From positions 23,619-87,618 of the forward strand of contig JBBTUE010000001.1 in NCBI GenBank assembly GCA_038063915.1: a DNA stretch of 64,000 nucleotides. The letters are read 5' to 3'. This DNA comes from Patescibacteria group bacterium (GTDB lineage: Bacteria; Patescibacteriota; Minisyncoccia; Phycocordibacterales; UBA9973). The notes below the pieces were generated by a model, which saw only the letters and a list, made by a program, of their open reading frames with translations, was not told where the DNA came from and ran no database searches. Within the stretch, counting starts at the first letter, position 1; each line of letters begins with the position of its first letter. Made by a program: the position numbers and the translations under genes. Below, piece by piece: positions 38,139 through 47,442 of this stretch.

Positions 38139-38458
38139 TATTTAGGGTGGATTTTATCTATAATATCCGTAACGCCCTCTTTAATTTCCCTTAATTGGGC
38201 TAATTTAGCCTGTTTTTTAAAGAAAAATATACCAGCACATTGAGGCAGGGGTAATACTCTTAGACTATTATAGCCTTGTCTTCTAAGCTTATTTCTAGAA
38301 CTGGCCTCTTTGGCAATGGTTTTAGGCGCCACAAAAGCGTATTTGGGTTGTTTTTGGGATATATAGCGAAAGAGAAAAAGCGAATTAGACGCTGTCTTCC
38401 CAGTTTTCATGATGCTTTGGAAGAGTTCTTTGTCTATTCGCCTATTCTTAGGAAGCAT
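38138..38458 (-). CDS. rnpA: ribonuclease P protein component
   Basis: 106-aa basic protein (LPKNRRI...ASSRNKLRRQGYNSLR...) immediately downstream of rpmH. Confidence 0.8.
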   Translation of the reverse strand: MLPKNRRIDKELFQSIMKTGKTASNSLFLFRYISQKQPKYAFVAPKTIAKEASSRNKLRRQGYNSLRVLPLPQCAGIFFFKKQAKLAQLREIKEGVTDIIDKIHPK

Positions 38459-38470
38459 GGCTTCTTTTTA

Positions 38471-38611
38471 CTACTTTTTAATAGACACTTTGGCACGACC
38501 CTTTCGGCGACGAGCTTGTGTGACTTTACGGCCAGAAGCCTTTTTTGAACGAGCAAGGAATCCATGGGTTTTAGCTCTTTTCCTTCTGTTTGGTTGGTAT
38601 GTTTGAGACAT
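38471..38611 (-). CDS. rpmH: 50S ribosomal protein L34
   Basis: Minus-strand [49 protein letters not shown] (46 aa). Classic L34. Not in the ORF track (<60 aa). Divergent from dnaA. Confidence 0.85.
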   Translation of the reverse strand: MSQTYQPNRRKRAKTHGFLARSKKASGRKVTQARRRKGRAKVSIKK

Positions 38612-38741
38612 AGAGAAAATATATACTATAATGCGCTATAATGCAATGTCCTCGTGGGTAAAAACATATCCACACATTATTAACAGGTTAATCCAGATAA
38701 CCAATTACTGTCGATTTATAAAACAGAGTATAATACGCACT
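38612..38741. other. rpmH-dnaA divergent intergenic region: candidate oriC/dnaA promoter with DnaA-box-like aTATCCACA (38666-38674) and TATAAT (38729-38734)
   Basis: Classic rpmH<->dnaA origin-proximal arrangement; 8/9 match to TTATCCACA. Confidence 0.4.
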
Positions 38742-40094
38742 ATGAATACAAAAGAGCTTTGGAATAACTGTCTTTCTGAGATTGAACTTAATATTTCAAA
38801 AGCAAATTTTACTACGTGGTTTAAAAACACATCAATAGTAAAAGAGGATGAGGGGACGCTTTTTATTGGTGTGCCAAACGAATTTGTTAAAGATTGGTTA
38901 TATAATAAATTTCACAAACTAATATTAAAAACACTTATAACACATGAAGAAGGTGTTAGAAATATTGAGTATATAATAGCGAAACACGAGCAAGTATCTA
39001 AATCCAGTGAGCAAGATTTTATAAGACAAACTACCAACACAAATAAAGAGCTACCCCTCAATGATCTATATATAAACAAGGACGACAACTTAAATCCTAA
39101 ATACAACTTTAACTCTTTTGTAGTGGGGCCGTTCAACGAGCTAGCTTACGCTGTTGCCCAAGCCATTATTACTAACCCGGGGCAGAATTATAATCCATTT
39201 TTCATTTATGGTGGTACTGGACTTGGTAAGACTCATATTATCCAAGCAATTGGTAATATTATAAAAACAAAGCACCCATCAAAAAAGATATACTACGTTA
39301 GTCTAGAGAGATTTGCTATTGATTATATTAACTCAATACAAAACAAAAATCCAAATTCATTTAAAGAAAAGTATAGAAAATACGACGTGATTATTATGGA
39401 TGATATCCAATTTATCTCTGGTAAGGATAAAACTCAAGAGGAGTTATTCCACTTATTTAATACTTTATATGAGAGCAATAAACAAATAATCTTCTCTTCA
39501 GACAAACACCCTAATTTCATACAAGGGCTAGAGGATAGACTACAATCCAGATTCGCTTCTGGTATGACTGTTCAAATCATTGAGCCTGATTATGAGTCAC
39601 GGGTTGCAATTATAAAGGCCAAATTTGAATCAACAAACTGTGTCGTTACAGATGATGTTATTTCATACCTGGCTGAATCCCTAGAGGGTAATATTCGTGA
39701 GCTTGAGGGTAGTTTAAACACAGTTATATGCCAATCTCAATTAAAGAACAAATCTCTAACCTTAGCTGAGGTAAAAACCCTAATAAAAAACAACATTAAA
39801 CCCAAAAAAACAGTAGCAATAAAGGATATTGTGCGTATTATCGCCACACACTATGGCATTTCAGAGGAAATAATTTACGAGAAAACTCGTAGAAAAGAAA
39901 TAGTTAGAGCTCGACAAGTTGCAATGTACATCCTGCGCGAGGACTTTAACATCTCTTACCCATTAATAGGTCAAAAGTTAGGTGGCCGTGACCACACAAC
40001 TGTTATTCACTCTCACTTAAAAATAAGGAGTGACCTAAAAACAGACCCGTCGTTATTACAAGAGATAGAGAAGATAAGAATTATGTTTAAGTAG
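38742..40094 (+). CDS. dnaA: chromosomal replication initiator protein DnaA
   Basis: AAA+ Walker A (IYGGTGLGKTHII), Walker B (VIIMDDIQFI), sensor and arginine finger (DRLQSRFASGMTVQI), and C-terminal DNA-binding domain (VRARQVAMYILRE...LIGQKLGGRDHTTVIHS). The ATG at 38742 (MNTKELWNNCLSEIE) is the likely start; TATAAT at 38729-38734. Confidence 0.9.
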   Translation: MNTKELWNNCLSEIELNISKANFTTWFKNTSIVKEDEGTLFIGVPNEFVKDWLYNKFHKLILKTLITHEEGVRNIEYIIAKHEQVSKSSEQDFIRQTTNTNKELPLNDLYINKDDNLNPKYNFNSFVVGPFNELAYAVAQAIITNPGQNYNPFFIYGGTGLGKTHIIQAIGNIIKTKHPSKKIYYVSLERFAIDYINSIQNKNPNSFKEKYRKYDVIIMDDIQFISGKDKTQEELFHLFNTLYESNKQIIFSSDKHPNFIQGLEDRLQSRFASGMTVQIIEPDYESRVAIIKAKFESTNCVVTDDVISYLAESLEGNIRELEGSLNTVICQSQLKNKSLTLAEVKTLIKNNIKPKKTVAIKDIVRIIATHYGISEEIIYEKTRRKEIVRARQVAMYILREDFNISYPLIGQKLGGRDHTTVIHSHLKIRSDLKTDPSLLQEIEKIRIMFK

Positions 40095-40300
40095 CCTGTG
40101 TATAAGATGTGTTTATAAAAAAATAGAGAGTGGACAACTTCACAAAATCCTACTTAAATCTAAATAGTCCCCAATAAATCATTTTTATAAAAACATAACC
40201 GCTGTAAAAAACATATATAAAACATATATAAAAAAGTAATCCACATAATCACACCCATAATAGTAATAATAAATATTAATAGATAAATATAAACAATACA
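40095..40300. other. dnaA-dnaN intergenic AT-rich region: candidate oriC / DNA unwinding element
   Basis: Very AT-rich 206 bp with a direct repeat AAACATATATA x2 (40209-40230) and DnaA-box-like tAATCCACA (40237-40245) and TGTGtATAA (40098-40106). Confidence 0.4.
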
Positions 40301-41398
40301 ATGAAAATAGAATGCTCAATAGATAAAATAAAAAACGCCCTGATCACAGTTGAAAGATTAACAGGAAAAAATCTTACATTACCAGTTCTTAGTTCAATTC
40401 TGTGGGTTGCGAATAATAAAATTCTTAAACTACGTGCCACAAACTTAAACATCGGTATAGAGATTAGTGTACCTTCTAAAATAGACAAAGAAGGTGTTAT
40501 TGCTATAAAAGGGGATGTATTATCGTCTCTTTTCTCTCAACTATCTGGAGAAGGCACAGTATATTTTGAGACTATAAATAATAATTTATCTGTTAAAACG
40601 AAACAAAATACTATTTTAATAAAAAGTGTTCCTTATGAGGATTTTCCAACAATACCAGTGATAACTGGCGATAGTATAACAATACCAACTCAAAAATTAA
40701 TAGAGGGAATAAAATCAGTCTACTACAGTTCTTCGACTTCTGAGATAAAACCAGAAATAGGGAGTGTTTATATATATCCAGAGAATGATTTATTAATTTT
40801 TGTTGCCACAGATTCTTTTCGTTTAGCCGAAAAGAAAATAAAAATAAAACAAAAACTATCCTTTCCAGGCATATTAATACCCTTCAAAAATACTACAGAA
40901 ATAATCAGAGTTTTTGAAAATACTACCGAAGATGTAAAAATTACACTCCAAAAAAACCAAATATCTTTTACAACATCTAGCATATACTTAACATCTAGAG
41001 TGGTAGATGGGTCGTTCCCCGACTACAAACAGATAATACCAAAAGAGTCTAGTACTGAAGCCGTTATTCTAAAACAAGACTTAATATCCTCTCTAAAGAT
41101 TTCAAATGTGTTTTCTGATAAATTTAACCAAATAACGGTCATAATAAAACCACAAGAAAAATCTTTCGAGATTGAGGCTAGAAACGTAGATGTAGGTGAA
41201 AACACAACCTCTGTCGGGGGGGCTCTTTCAGGGGAAGATGTCTCAGTTAATTTTAATTATAAGTATATATTAGACTGTTTTCAGTCAGTAACATCTGATA
41301 GTTTAAATTTAAAATTAAATGGGAATAACAAGCCGATGATCATAGAGCCAGTAGGTGACACATCTTTTAGGTATTTAATAATGCCAATGAATAAATGA
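40301..41398 (+). CDS. dnaN: DNA polymerase III beta subunit (sliding clamp)
   Basis: 365 aa with a three-domain beta-clamp pattern (MKIECSIDKIKNALITVERLTGK...; domain-3 LNLKLNGNNKPMIIEP). Synteny with dnaA. Confidence 0.9.
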   Translation: MKIECSIDKIKNALITVERLTGKNLTLPVLSSILWVANNKILKLRATNLNIGIEISVPSKIDKEGVIAIKGDVLSSLFSQLSGEGTVYFETINNNLSVKTKQNTILIKSVPYEDFPTIPVITGDSITIPTQKLIEGIKSVYYSSSTSEIKPEIGSVYIYPENDLLIFVATDSFRLAEKKIKIKQKLSFPGILIPFKNTTEIIRVFENTTEDVKITLQKNQISFTTSSIYLTSRVVDGSFPDYKQIIPKESSTEAVILKQDLISSLKISNVFSDKFNQITVIIKPQEKSFEIEARNVDVGENTTSVGGALSGEDVSVNFNYKYILDCFQSVTSDSLNLKLNGNNKPMIIEPVGDTSFRYLIMPMNK

Positions 41399-41399
41399 T

Positions 41400-41663
41400 A
41401 TGGATTACAACCACATCGATAGTTTTCTAGAGAGATTTAAAAAGATTTTATTTAAAGAGGAGGCGACACTTGAAGTTATCACAGGGGTCATAACTAAACA
41501 CATTGAATCACCTATAAAACCCCAATCAATTAAGATTAAAGGCCCTATTGTATATATAAATGAGTCACCAATTCTTCGTAACGAAGTATTAATTCACAAA
41601 GAAGGTATATTAAACGATCTCAAGGAATTCCTACCTCGTCATAGATTTAGTGATATACGATAG
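41400..41663 (+). CDS. DUF721-family (DciA/RemB-like) small protein
   Basis: 87 aa. KGPIVYINESPILRNEVLIHKEGILNDLKEFLP resembles the DUF721 core. Typical location after dnaN. Confidence 0.35.
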   Translation: MDYNHIDSFLERFKKILFKEEATLEVITGVITKHIESPIKPQSIKIKGPIVYINESPILRNEVLIHKEGILNDLKEFLPRHRFSDIR

Positions 41664-41670
41664 TTGGTAT

Positions 41671-44205
41671 TTAATTAACTTCAAAAATTGCCTCTACTTG
41701 GGAACTATTTCCATCGAAATCATATCCTATAATACGGATAGTATTAATTTTTTTTAAACCATTAACTTCGTTTGGAATAACTGATGTTGTAAAGGGACTT
41801 GATTTTAGAGATGTGATGTAATTATTATTTATAAATATATCAGCCTTCTTTATTAGGGCGCCGTTTTTTGGGTTGATTAATATTAATACCGGCTGATCTT
41901 TCCTATAAGGGTTTTCACTTATACCAGATATTTCTAAATCTAGTTTAGTAATTGTAGTGTGTACATTATCATAATAAGTAGGTTTATCGCTCGCGGTTAC
42001 TATCTTGTAATTAGATTTATTATTTTGCCACCATCTCTCTACTCCATACTCCCAGTTTATGTATTGCAAATCTTTCCCTGAGCTATCTGATTTTGGTTGA
42101 AGTGGGTTATCTTTATCTATCCAATATAGTATAGAGTGTATGTTTGTGATTGACTGCTCCTTTTTGGTGCTTGTTGGTGTGTAATCTGTGGCAAGCCCAC
42201 CTGATACAGTATCTATTATAAACGTGTCCCCACCTTGCCAGAACCCTCTTATAATAGGCGATAAAGAAGGACTTATTGGGTCTGGTACACCAAAAGATTC
42301 AATAGGAAGGTTCTTTAGTGCTTCTCTCATAACTTCATTCCAGATTGGTCCAGCAAGAGCAACACCTCCTTTTTTCATTGGAGTATTATCGTTATTACCA
42401 ACCCATACACCCACAGTAGCTGATGGAGTGTACCCTATAGTCCAGGCGTCTCTATTGTTATTTGTAGTACCCGTTTTAACTGCAGTCTCTCTACCTGGGA
42501 TAACTAAACTAGAATTTTCTCCAAAAGTTGGAGAGCGGGCCGAATTATCGGAAAGTATATCTGATAATATTCGAGTAATGTTTGAATCCAAAACCTGATA
42601 AGATTTATCCTCATATTTTTCAAGCACGTTCCCACTCCCGTCTTCTATAGATAATATAGCTTGGTATGGATGTCTTACCCCGTCACTTGCAAATACACTA
42701 TAAACTGAAGTCATATCAAGGAGTGTTGTCTCTCCACCTCCAATAACAAGAGATAGCCCGTAACGAGTGGGATCATTTAATGTTGTAATACCTAAGTCGT
42801 GAGCCATTTTAAGTGCCTCTGGTACACCAACTAAGTAAAGGAGTTTAACGGCTACCACGTTTATAGATTGAGCAAGTGCGTTTTTGAGTGTCATAGGGCC
42901 ACGAAAGCTATTATCATAATTGTCTGGCATATAACATGTTGCATTTTTGTGTCCAGGAAGTGGTTTACCTGTCGGGCTACAAGATGAATTGAATTCGGTT
43001 TTCGCATCAAAAAGGGTAGTGTTTTCTGTGTATCCTTTTTTAAATGCTTCGGCATATACTATTGGCTTGAAAGAAGATCCTGGCTGGCGAGATGCCGTCG
43101 CAACATTAAAATTCCCATCGATAGTCTTATCAAAATAATCTCTTGATCCAACCATCGATAATATTTGGCCGTTCCTAGGGTCAATTACTACAACTGCAGC
43201 ATTTTTACCGTTCCACTTACTCTCATTTTCTTTTGAATGGGCCAGAGCAATAGCTTCTGCTTTCAACTCCAAATCAAAATCCAAAGTAGTTATGACCTTC
43301 AAACCGCCAGAATCTAGTGCATCTTGTCCGTATTTATTTTCTAAATAATCCTTTATAAAAAACACAAAGTGAGGTGCAGCTATATGCATTGGTTGTGACG
43401 GTAGGAATTGCACATTTTCTTTTAACGCTTCATTGTAATTTTTGTCAGTTATAAATCCAAGGTCAAGCATCCTTTTCAAAACTAAATTTTTCCTACTATC
43501 TAAAGATTGCTTGTTCTTACCATACGGCGAATACCTTGTCGGTGCGTTAGGAATGGCTGCTAAATATGCTGACTCGGCAAGAGTAACCTCTTTTGGTTCT
43601 TTACCAAAAAAAGCTTTAGAGGCCTCCTCAACCCCGTAGATATTCCCTCCATAAGGAGCTTCATTTAGATAAAGAGCTAGTATATCTTCCTTACTCATGA
43701 TTTTTTCGAGCTTCATTGCTAGGATCCACTCCTTTATTTTTCTGGTCAAAGTCCTATCCGGGTTTAATAAAGTATTTTTTATAAGCTGTTGGGTTATTGT
43801 TGAACCGCCCTGGACTTTCTTTCCAGTTAACTTTGCCCAAATCGTACCCCTTATTATAGAACTAATACGAATACCATTATGTTGGTAAAATTCAGAATCT
43901 TCTATGGCTACTGTGGCGTTCTTTAAATCTACGCCCATGCTTTCGTAGGGTATGATTGTGCGTTTTATATCTTGGTGGACGTCGTAAAGAAGTATTTTGC
44001 CAGTGCGATCGTATATTTTTGTCGAGCTTTGAACTTTTCGGTCGTTAAAAGATTTAAAATCTGGTAGCTTGAGTGTGCTGACCCAGATCAAAACAATACC
44101 AGCTAGTATTACACCTATACCTAAGATAAATAAAAATATGCTTTTTATTGAGTATTTTTTTAAATGTTTTCTGTATTTGTTTGAGTATTTTCTTATATTA
44201 TCCAT
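41671..44205 (-). CDS. class A penicillin-binding protein (PBP1A-type transglycosylase/transpeptidase) with ~230-aa C-terminal extension
   Basis: N-terminal TM. GT51 motifs (VAIEDSEFYQHNGI, GGSTITQQLIKN). Transpeptidase SxxK-type region (ATASRQPGSSFKP), SxN and KTGT (VKTGTTNN). Confidence 0.85.
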   Translation of the reverse strand: MDNIRKYSNKYRKHLKKYSIKSIFLFILGIGVILAGIVLIWVSTLKLPDFKSFNDRKVQSSTKIYDRTGKILLYDVHQDIKRTIIPYESMGVDLKNATVAIEDSEFYQHNGIRISSIIRGTIWAKLTGKKVQGGSTITQQLIKNTLLNPDRTLTRKIKEWILAMKLEKIMSKEDILALYLNEAPYGGNIYGVEEASKAFFGKEPKEVTLAESAYLAAIPNAPTRYSPYGKNKQSLDSRKNLVLKRMLDLGFITDKNYNEALKENVQFLPSQPMHIAAPHFVFFIKDYLENKYGQDALDSGGLKVITTLDFDLELKAEAIALAHSKENESKWNGKNAAVVVIDPRNGQILSMVGSRDYFDKTIDGNFNVATASRQPGSSFKPIVYAEAFKKGYTENTTLFDAKTEFNSSCSPTGKPLPGHKNATCYMPDNYDNSFRGPMTLKNALAQSINVVAVKLLYLVGVPEALKMAHDLGITTLNDPTRYGLSLVIGGGETTLLDMTSVYSVFASDGVRHPYQAILSIEDGSGNVLEKYEDKSYQVLDSNITRILSDILSDNSARSPTFGENSSLVIPGRETAVKTGTTNNNRDAWTIGYTPSATVGVWVGNNDNTPMKKGGVALAGPIWNEVMREALKNLPIESFGVPDPISPSLSPIIRGFWQGGDTFIIDTVSGGLATDYTPTSTKKEQSITNIHSILYWIDKDNPLQPKSDSSGKDLQYINWEYGVERWWQNNKSNYKIVTASDKPTYYDNVHTTITKLDLEISGISENPYRKDQPVLILINPKNGALIKKADIFINNNYITSLKSSPFTTSVIPNEVNGLKKINTIRIIGYDFDGNSSQVEAIFEVN

Positions 44206-44273
44206 ACACCACTATCATATCATAGTTATAAAAGGATACGGACAAGGAGCCATTTATGTGATAAAATATATAA

Positions 44274-45455
44274 ATGGCAGATAATCTACAAGAAGAACTA
44301 CTCACGAGGGGTATCTCATCAATATATCCATCAAAGGAGTTTTTAGCCTCAAAACTAAATTCTGGAGAGAAACTTACAATATATTTAGGAATTGACCCAA
44401 CGGGCCCCACACTACATTTAGGGCATGCTATTCCCCTCCTTAAACTTGCCCAGTTCCAGAAACAGGGACACAAAATCATACTTTTAATGGGAGATTTCAC
44501 GGCTACAATTGGGGATCCAACTGATAAATCTGCTACTCGCAAGCAACTAACTCGTAAAGAGGTACTCTCAAATCTAAAAACTTACAAAAAACAAGCATCT
44601 CACCTAATATCGTTTACCGGTAAAAATCCTGCCGAGTTTAAATTCAATTCTAAATGGCTAGGGAAACTAAGTTTTACTGAGGGGCTTTCCATTGCATCTA
44701 ATATGACGGTAAGCCAAATGCTTGAGCGTGATATGTTTCAAAAAAGAATGGAAGAAGGGAAGCCAATCTTCATTCACGAATTTTTATATCCACTAATGCA
44801 AGGTTACGATTCTGTTGCTATGAACGTAGATGGGGAAATAGGAGGAAATGACCAGACTTTCAATATGCTCTGTGGGCGTGACTTAATGAAGACGCTCAAG
44901 AATAAAGAAAAGTTTGTAGTAGCGGTTAAACTCCTAGAAGATAGTAATGGTAAGAAAATGGGAAAGACAGAAGGCAATATAGTTGCTCTCTCGGACAGTT
45001 CAGAAGAAATGTATGGGAAAATTATGAGTTGGAGTGATGGGCTCATCATCCCTGCGTTCGAGCTCTGTACTTATGTACCAATGTTAGAGCTTGAAAATAT
45101 TGCAAAAGAGATGGCTGAAGGAAGGAACCCAAAAGATTTAAAAATGAAACTTGCTAAAAAAATCGTTTCTATTTTTCACGGCGAGAAAAAAGCATTGTTG
45201 GCCGAAGAGGGTTTTAATAAAACATTCCAAAAAGGTGGAATCCCTGATGTGATTAAGGAAGTTGAAAATCAAGGCAAATTAATAAAGACGATATTTATAA
45301 GTGGTGCTGCAGCGTCGATCTCTGAAGCTAGCCGGTTAGCTGATGCAGGAGCTGTCACTGATATGACAGAAGATAAAAAAGCTACCTCAAAAGATGACTC
45401 AAAACCTGGGCATGTGTATAAGATCGGTAAACATAAATTTATAAAAGTTAAGTAA
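44274..45455 (+). CDS. tyrS: tyrosyl-tRNA synthetase
   Basis: HIGH-region GIDPTGPTLHLGHAIPLLKLAQFQKQGHKIILLMGDFTATIGDPT and KMSKS-like KKMGKTEGN. Terminator at 45458-45485. Confidence 0.85.
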   Translation: MADNLQEELLTRGISSIYPSKEFLASKLNSGEKLTIYLGIDPTGPTLHLGHAIPLLKLAQFQKQGHKIILLMGDFTATIGDPTDKSATRKQLTRKEVLSNLKTYKKQASHLISFTGKNPAEFKFNSKWLGKLSFTEGLSIASNMTVSQMLERDMFQKRMEEGKPIFIHEFLYPLMQGYDSVAMNVDGEIGGNDQTFNMLCGRDLMKTLKNKEKFVVAVKLLEDSNGKKMGKTEGNIVALSDSSEEMYGKIMSWSDGLIIPAFELCTYVPMLELENIAKEMAEGRNPKDLKMKLAKKIVSIFHGEKKALLAEEGFNKTFQKGGIPDVIKEVENQGKLIKTIFISGAAASISEASRLADAGAVTDMTEDKKATSKDDSKPGHVYKIGKHKFIKVK

Positions 45456-45457
45456 AA

Positions 45458-45485
45458 TAAAAACTCCCGCACGGGAGTTTTTATT
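45458..45485. terminator. hairpin terminator after tyrS (bidirectional with the ruvBC operon end)
   Basis: AAAAACTCCCG-CAC-GGGAGTTTTTATTT. Confidence 0.7.
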
Positions 45486-45649
45486 TAATAAGATGAACCA
45501 TCCAAGTCAGCCAATCCTTCATCTAGGGGTTCGTCGTCATGGGCTTCTGCACCGTCGAGTGGTGCGTCGAGTGGATGGTCCACATCTAGACCGTCGTCTT
45601 CCTCTTCAAAGTCACCCATTTTGAACTCTTCATCGTCGTTGTAACTCAT
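45485..45649 (-). CDS. possible small highly acidic protein (54 aa)
   Basis: Minus-strand ORF MSYNDDEEFKMGDFEEEDDGLDVDHPLDAPLDGAEAHDDEPLDEGLADLDGSSY downstream of ruvC. Compositionally GC-rich relative to its surroundings. Not in the ORF track (<60 aa). A 47-aa ORF also exists on the opposite strand, so coding status is uncertain. Confidence 0.2.
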   Translation of the reverse strand: MSYNDDEEFKMGDFEEEDDGLDVDHPLDAPLDGAEAHDDEPLDEGLADLDGSSY

Positions 45650-45729
45650 AGTTATTTTAACAAGATATTGTAATGCATTATTTGTAACAAAATATTATTT
45701 CATTAACAATACCCAACCTGTGGAAAACT

Positions 45730-46212
45730 TTATACCTTAAATTTCTCACATGCCAGACATGTAAGCCCTATAGCTATAGCATCTAATTCGTCGTCAGAAT
45801 TTGTCTTTTTATCTATTTTTATAAGCTTAGAAACCATTTTTATAACCATATCCTTTGATGCTTTGCCATAGCCAGTGACAGCAACTTTTACTTGTGGAGG
45901 AGTGTATTCGAATATTTTTAAGTTATTGGTTGTAGCTATGTATATAATAGCACCACGTACTTCAGCTACATTCATAACGGTCTTCTGGTTAGTAGTCAGG
46001 TACAACTTTTCTATTGCCAAAACTTCTGGCTTATACTTCTTTATTAAATTTTCAAGTTCGAGACCTATACCACTTAGACGCGCATAAAAAGATGATGAGG
46101 ATTTTGTTTTAAAACAATCAGAATACACTAGAGTATCTTTTCGGTTGATTGCTCTTTCTATTATGGCGATACCAAGCCTCTCATATCCTGGATCAATAGC
46201 TAGTACTCTCAT
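45730..46212 (-). CDS. ruvC: crossover junction endodeoxyribonuclease RuvC
   Basis: MRVLAIDPGYERLGIAIIE (catalytic Asp), RNase-H-like fold pattern. Directly downstream of ruvB. Confidence 0.85.
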   Translation of the reverse strand: MRVLAIDPGYERLGIAIIERAINRKDTLVYSDCFKTKSSSSFYARLSGIGLELENLIKKYKPEVLAIEKLYLTTNQKTVMNVAEVRGAIIYIATTNNLKIFEYTPPQVKVAVTGYGKASKDMVIKMVSKLIKIDKKTNSDDELDAIAIGLTCLACEKFKV

Positions 46213-46214
46213 AA

Positions 46215-47207
46215 TTATTTATCTTTATAATCAAATCCAAGATGTTCGTACCCCATTTTGGTTACAGCTCTTCCGCGGTTAGTACGTTCAAGTAAACCAA
46301 GTTGTATGAGGTATGGTTCCATCACTTCTTCTATTGTAGCTTCTTCTTCAGATGTCGCAGCAGCAATTGTCTTTAGCCCCACTGGGCCACCACCAAATTT
46401 TTCAATAATGATTTTAAGTATTTGCCTATCAGAAGAGGAAAGACCGAGTTCGTCTATTTCAAGAAGCGCTAATGCTTTTTTTACAGCTTCTTTTGATAGC
46501 GGGACTTTATGAACTTGTGCGTAGTCTCTACATCTTTTCAAGAAGTAATTTGCTGTACGAGGAGTGAAGCGCGCTCTCATTGCTATCTCGTCCATGGCGT
46601 CATCTGATAACTCTACTCCAAGTATTTGAGAAGATCTTTTTAAGATTTTTTTAATTTGGTCGTGATTGTAAAATTCGAGTCGGAATACTCCCCCAGAGAA
46701 CCTAGAACGAAGAGGGGAGGATAGTAGTGCAATGCGTGTAGTTGCTGCGATTAATGTAAATGGTGGGAGCTCAAGTTGGATAGTTCGAGCTGACGGACCC
46801 TTGCCGATGATGATATCGAGCACTCCGGACTCCATGGCTGGGTATAAAACTTCCTCAACCATTTTATTTAGTCGATGAATTTCATCTATAAAAATTATAT
46901 CCCCCGGAGCAAGATTAGTCAGAATAGAAGCAAGGTCCCCAACCTTCTCTATAGCAGGGCCAGAAGTGATTTTTATCTGCCTACCTGTCTCTTTAGCGAT
47001 TAGATGAGCGAGGGTGGTCTTGCCTAGACCTGGGGGGCCGTAGAAGAGTATATGTTCTGCCGGGTGGGATCTCTCTTCGGCTGCTGTTAATAGGATTTTA
47101 AGGTTAGCTTTGATGTTTTCCTGCCCAATATACTCACTCCAGAGGTTAGGTCTAAGAGTTTGGTCTAAAAATCCTTCGTCTTTTGTTGTCTGTTTAGTGC
47201 TTGACAT
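46215..47207 (-). CDS. ruvB: Holliday junction branch migration helicase RuvB
   Basis: LFYGPPGLGKTTLAHLIA (Walker A), IIFIDEIHRL (Walker B), sensor II and C-terminal winged helix. Confidence 0.9.
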   Translation of the reverse strand: MSSTKQTTKDEGFLDQTLRPNLWSEYIGQENIKANLKILLTAAEERSHPAEHILFYGPPGLGKTTLAHLIAKETGRQIKITSGPAIEKVGDLASILTNLAPGDIIFIDEIHRLNKMVEEVLYPAMESGVLDIIIGKGPSARTIQLELPPFTLIAATTRIALLSSPLRSRFSGGVFRLEFYNHDQIKKILKRSSQILGVELSDDAMDEIAMRARFTPRTANYFLKRCRDYAQVHKVPLSKEAVKKALALLEIDELGLSSSDRQILKIIIEKFGGGPVGLKTIAAATSEEEATIEEVMEPYLIQLGLLERTNRGRAVTKMGYEHLGFDYKDK

Positions 47208-47442
47208 TAATTTGTAATCATGCTATACTTTCTCCAGAAATTTAATACAAGTTAATTATATCATCTTAGTGTGATTTTAATGAAAAAGGCATAAATCTCT
47301 AAGCAATCGGCCCCGTGCTCTATGTATGCGCGTAGGACGCCCTGGTTTCTATTTATATTTACTGGGTCTATCCTGCAACCTTACGTTACTTTATTTACGC
47401 ATGTTTATAAAGGATTGTTTAGAGATTTATGTTTTTTTATTT

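Noticed and set aside
47208-47442. 235-nt pilB-ruvB intergenic region as a possible ncRNA (e.g. SRP RNA/tmRNA)
   Set aside because: No SRP, tmRNA, RNase P or tRNA-like conserved motifs or convincing extended pairing were found. It is probably just promoter/UTR sequence.
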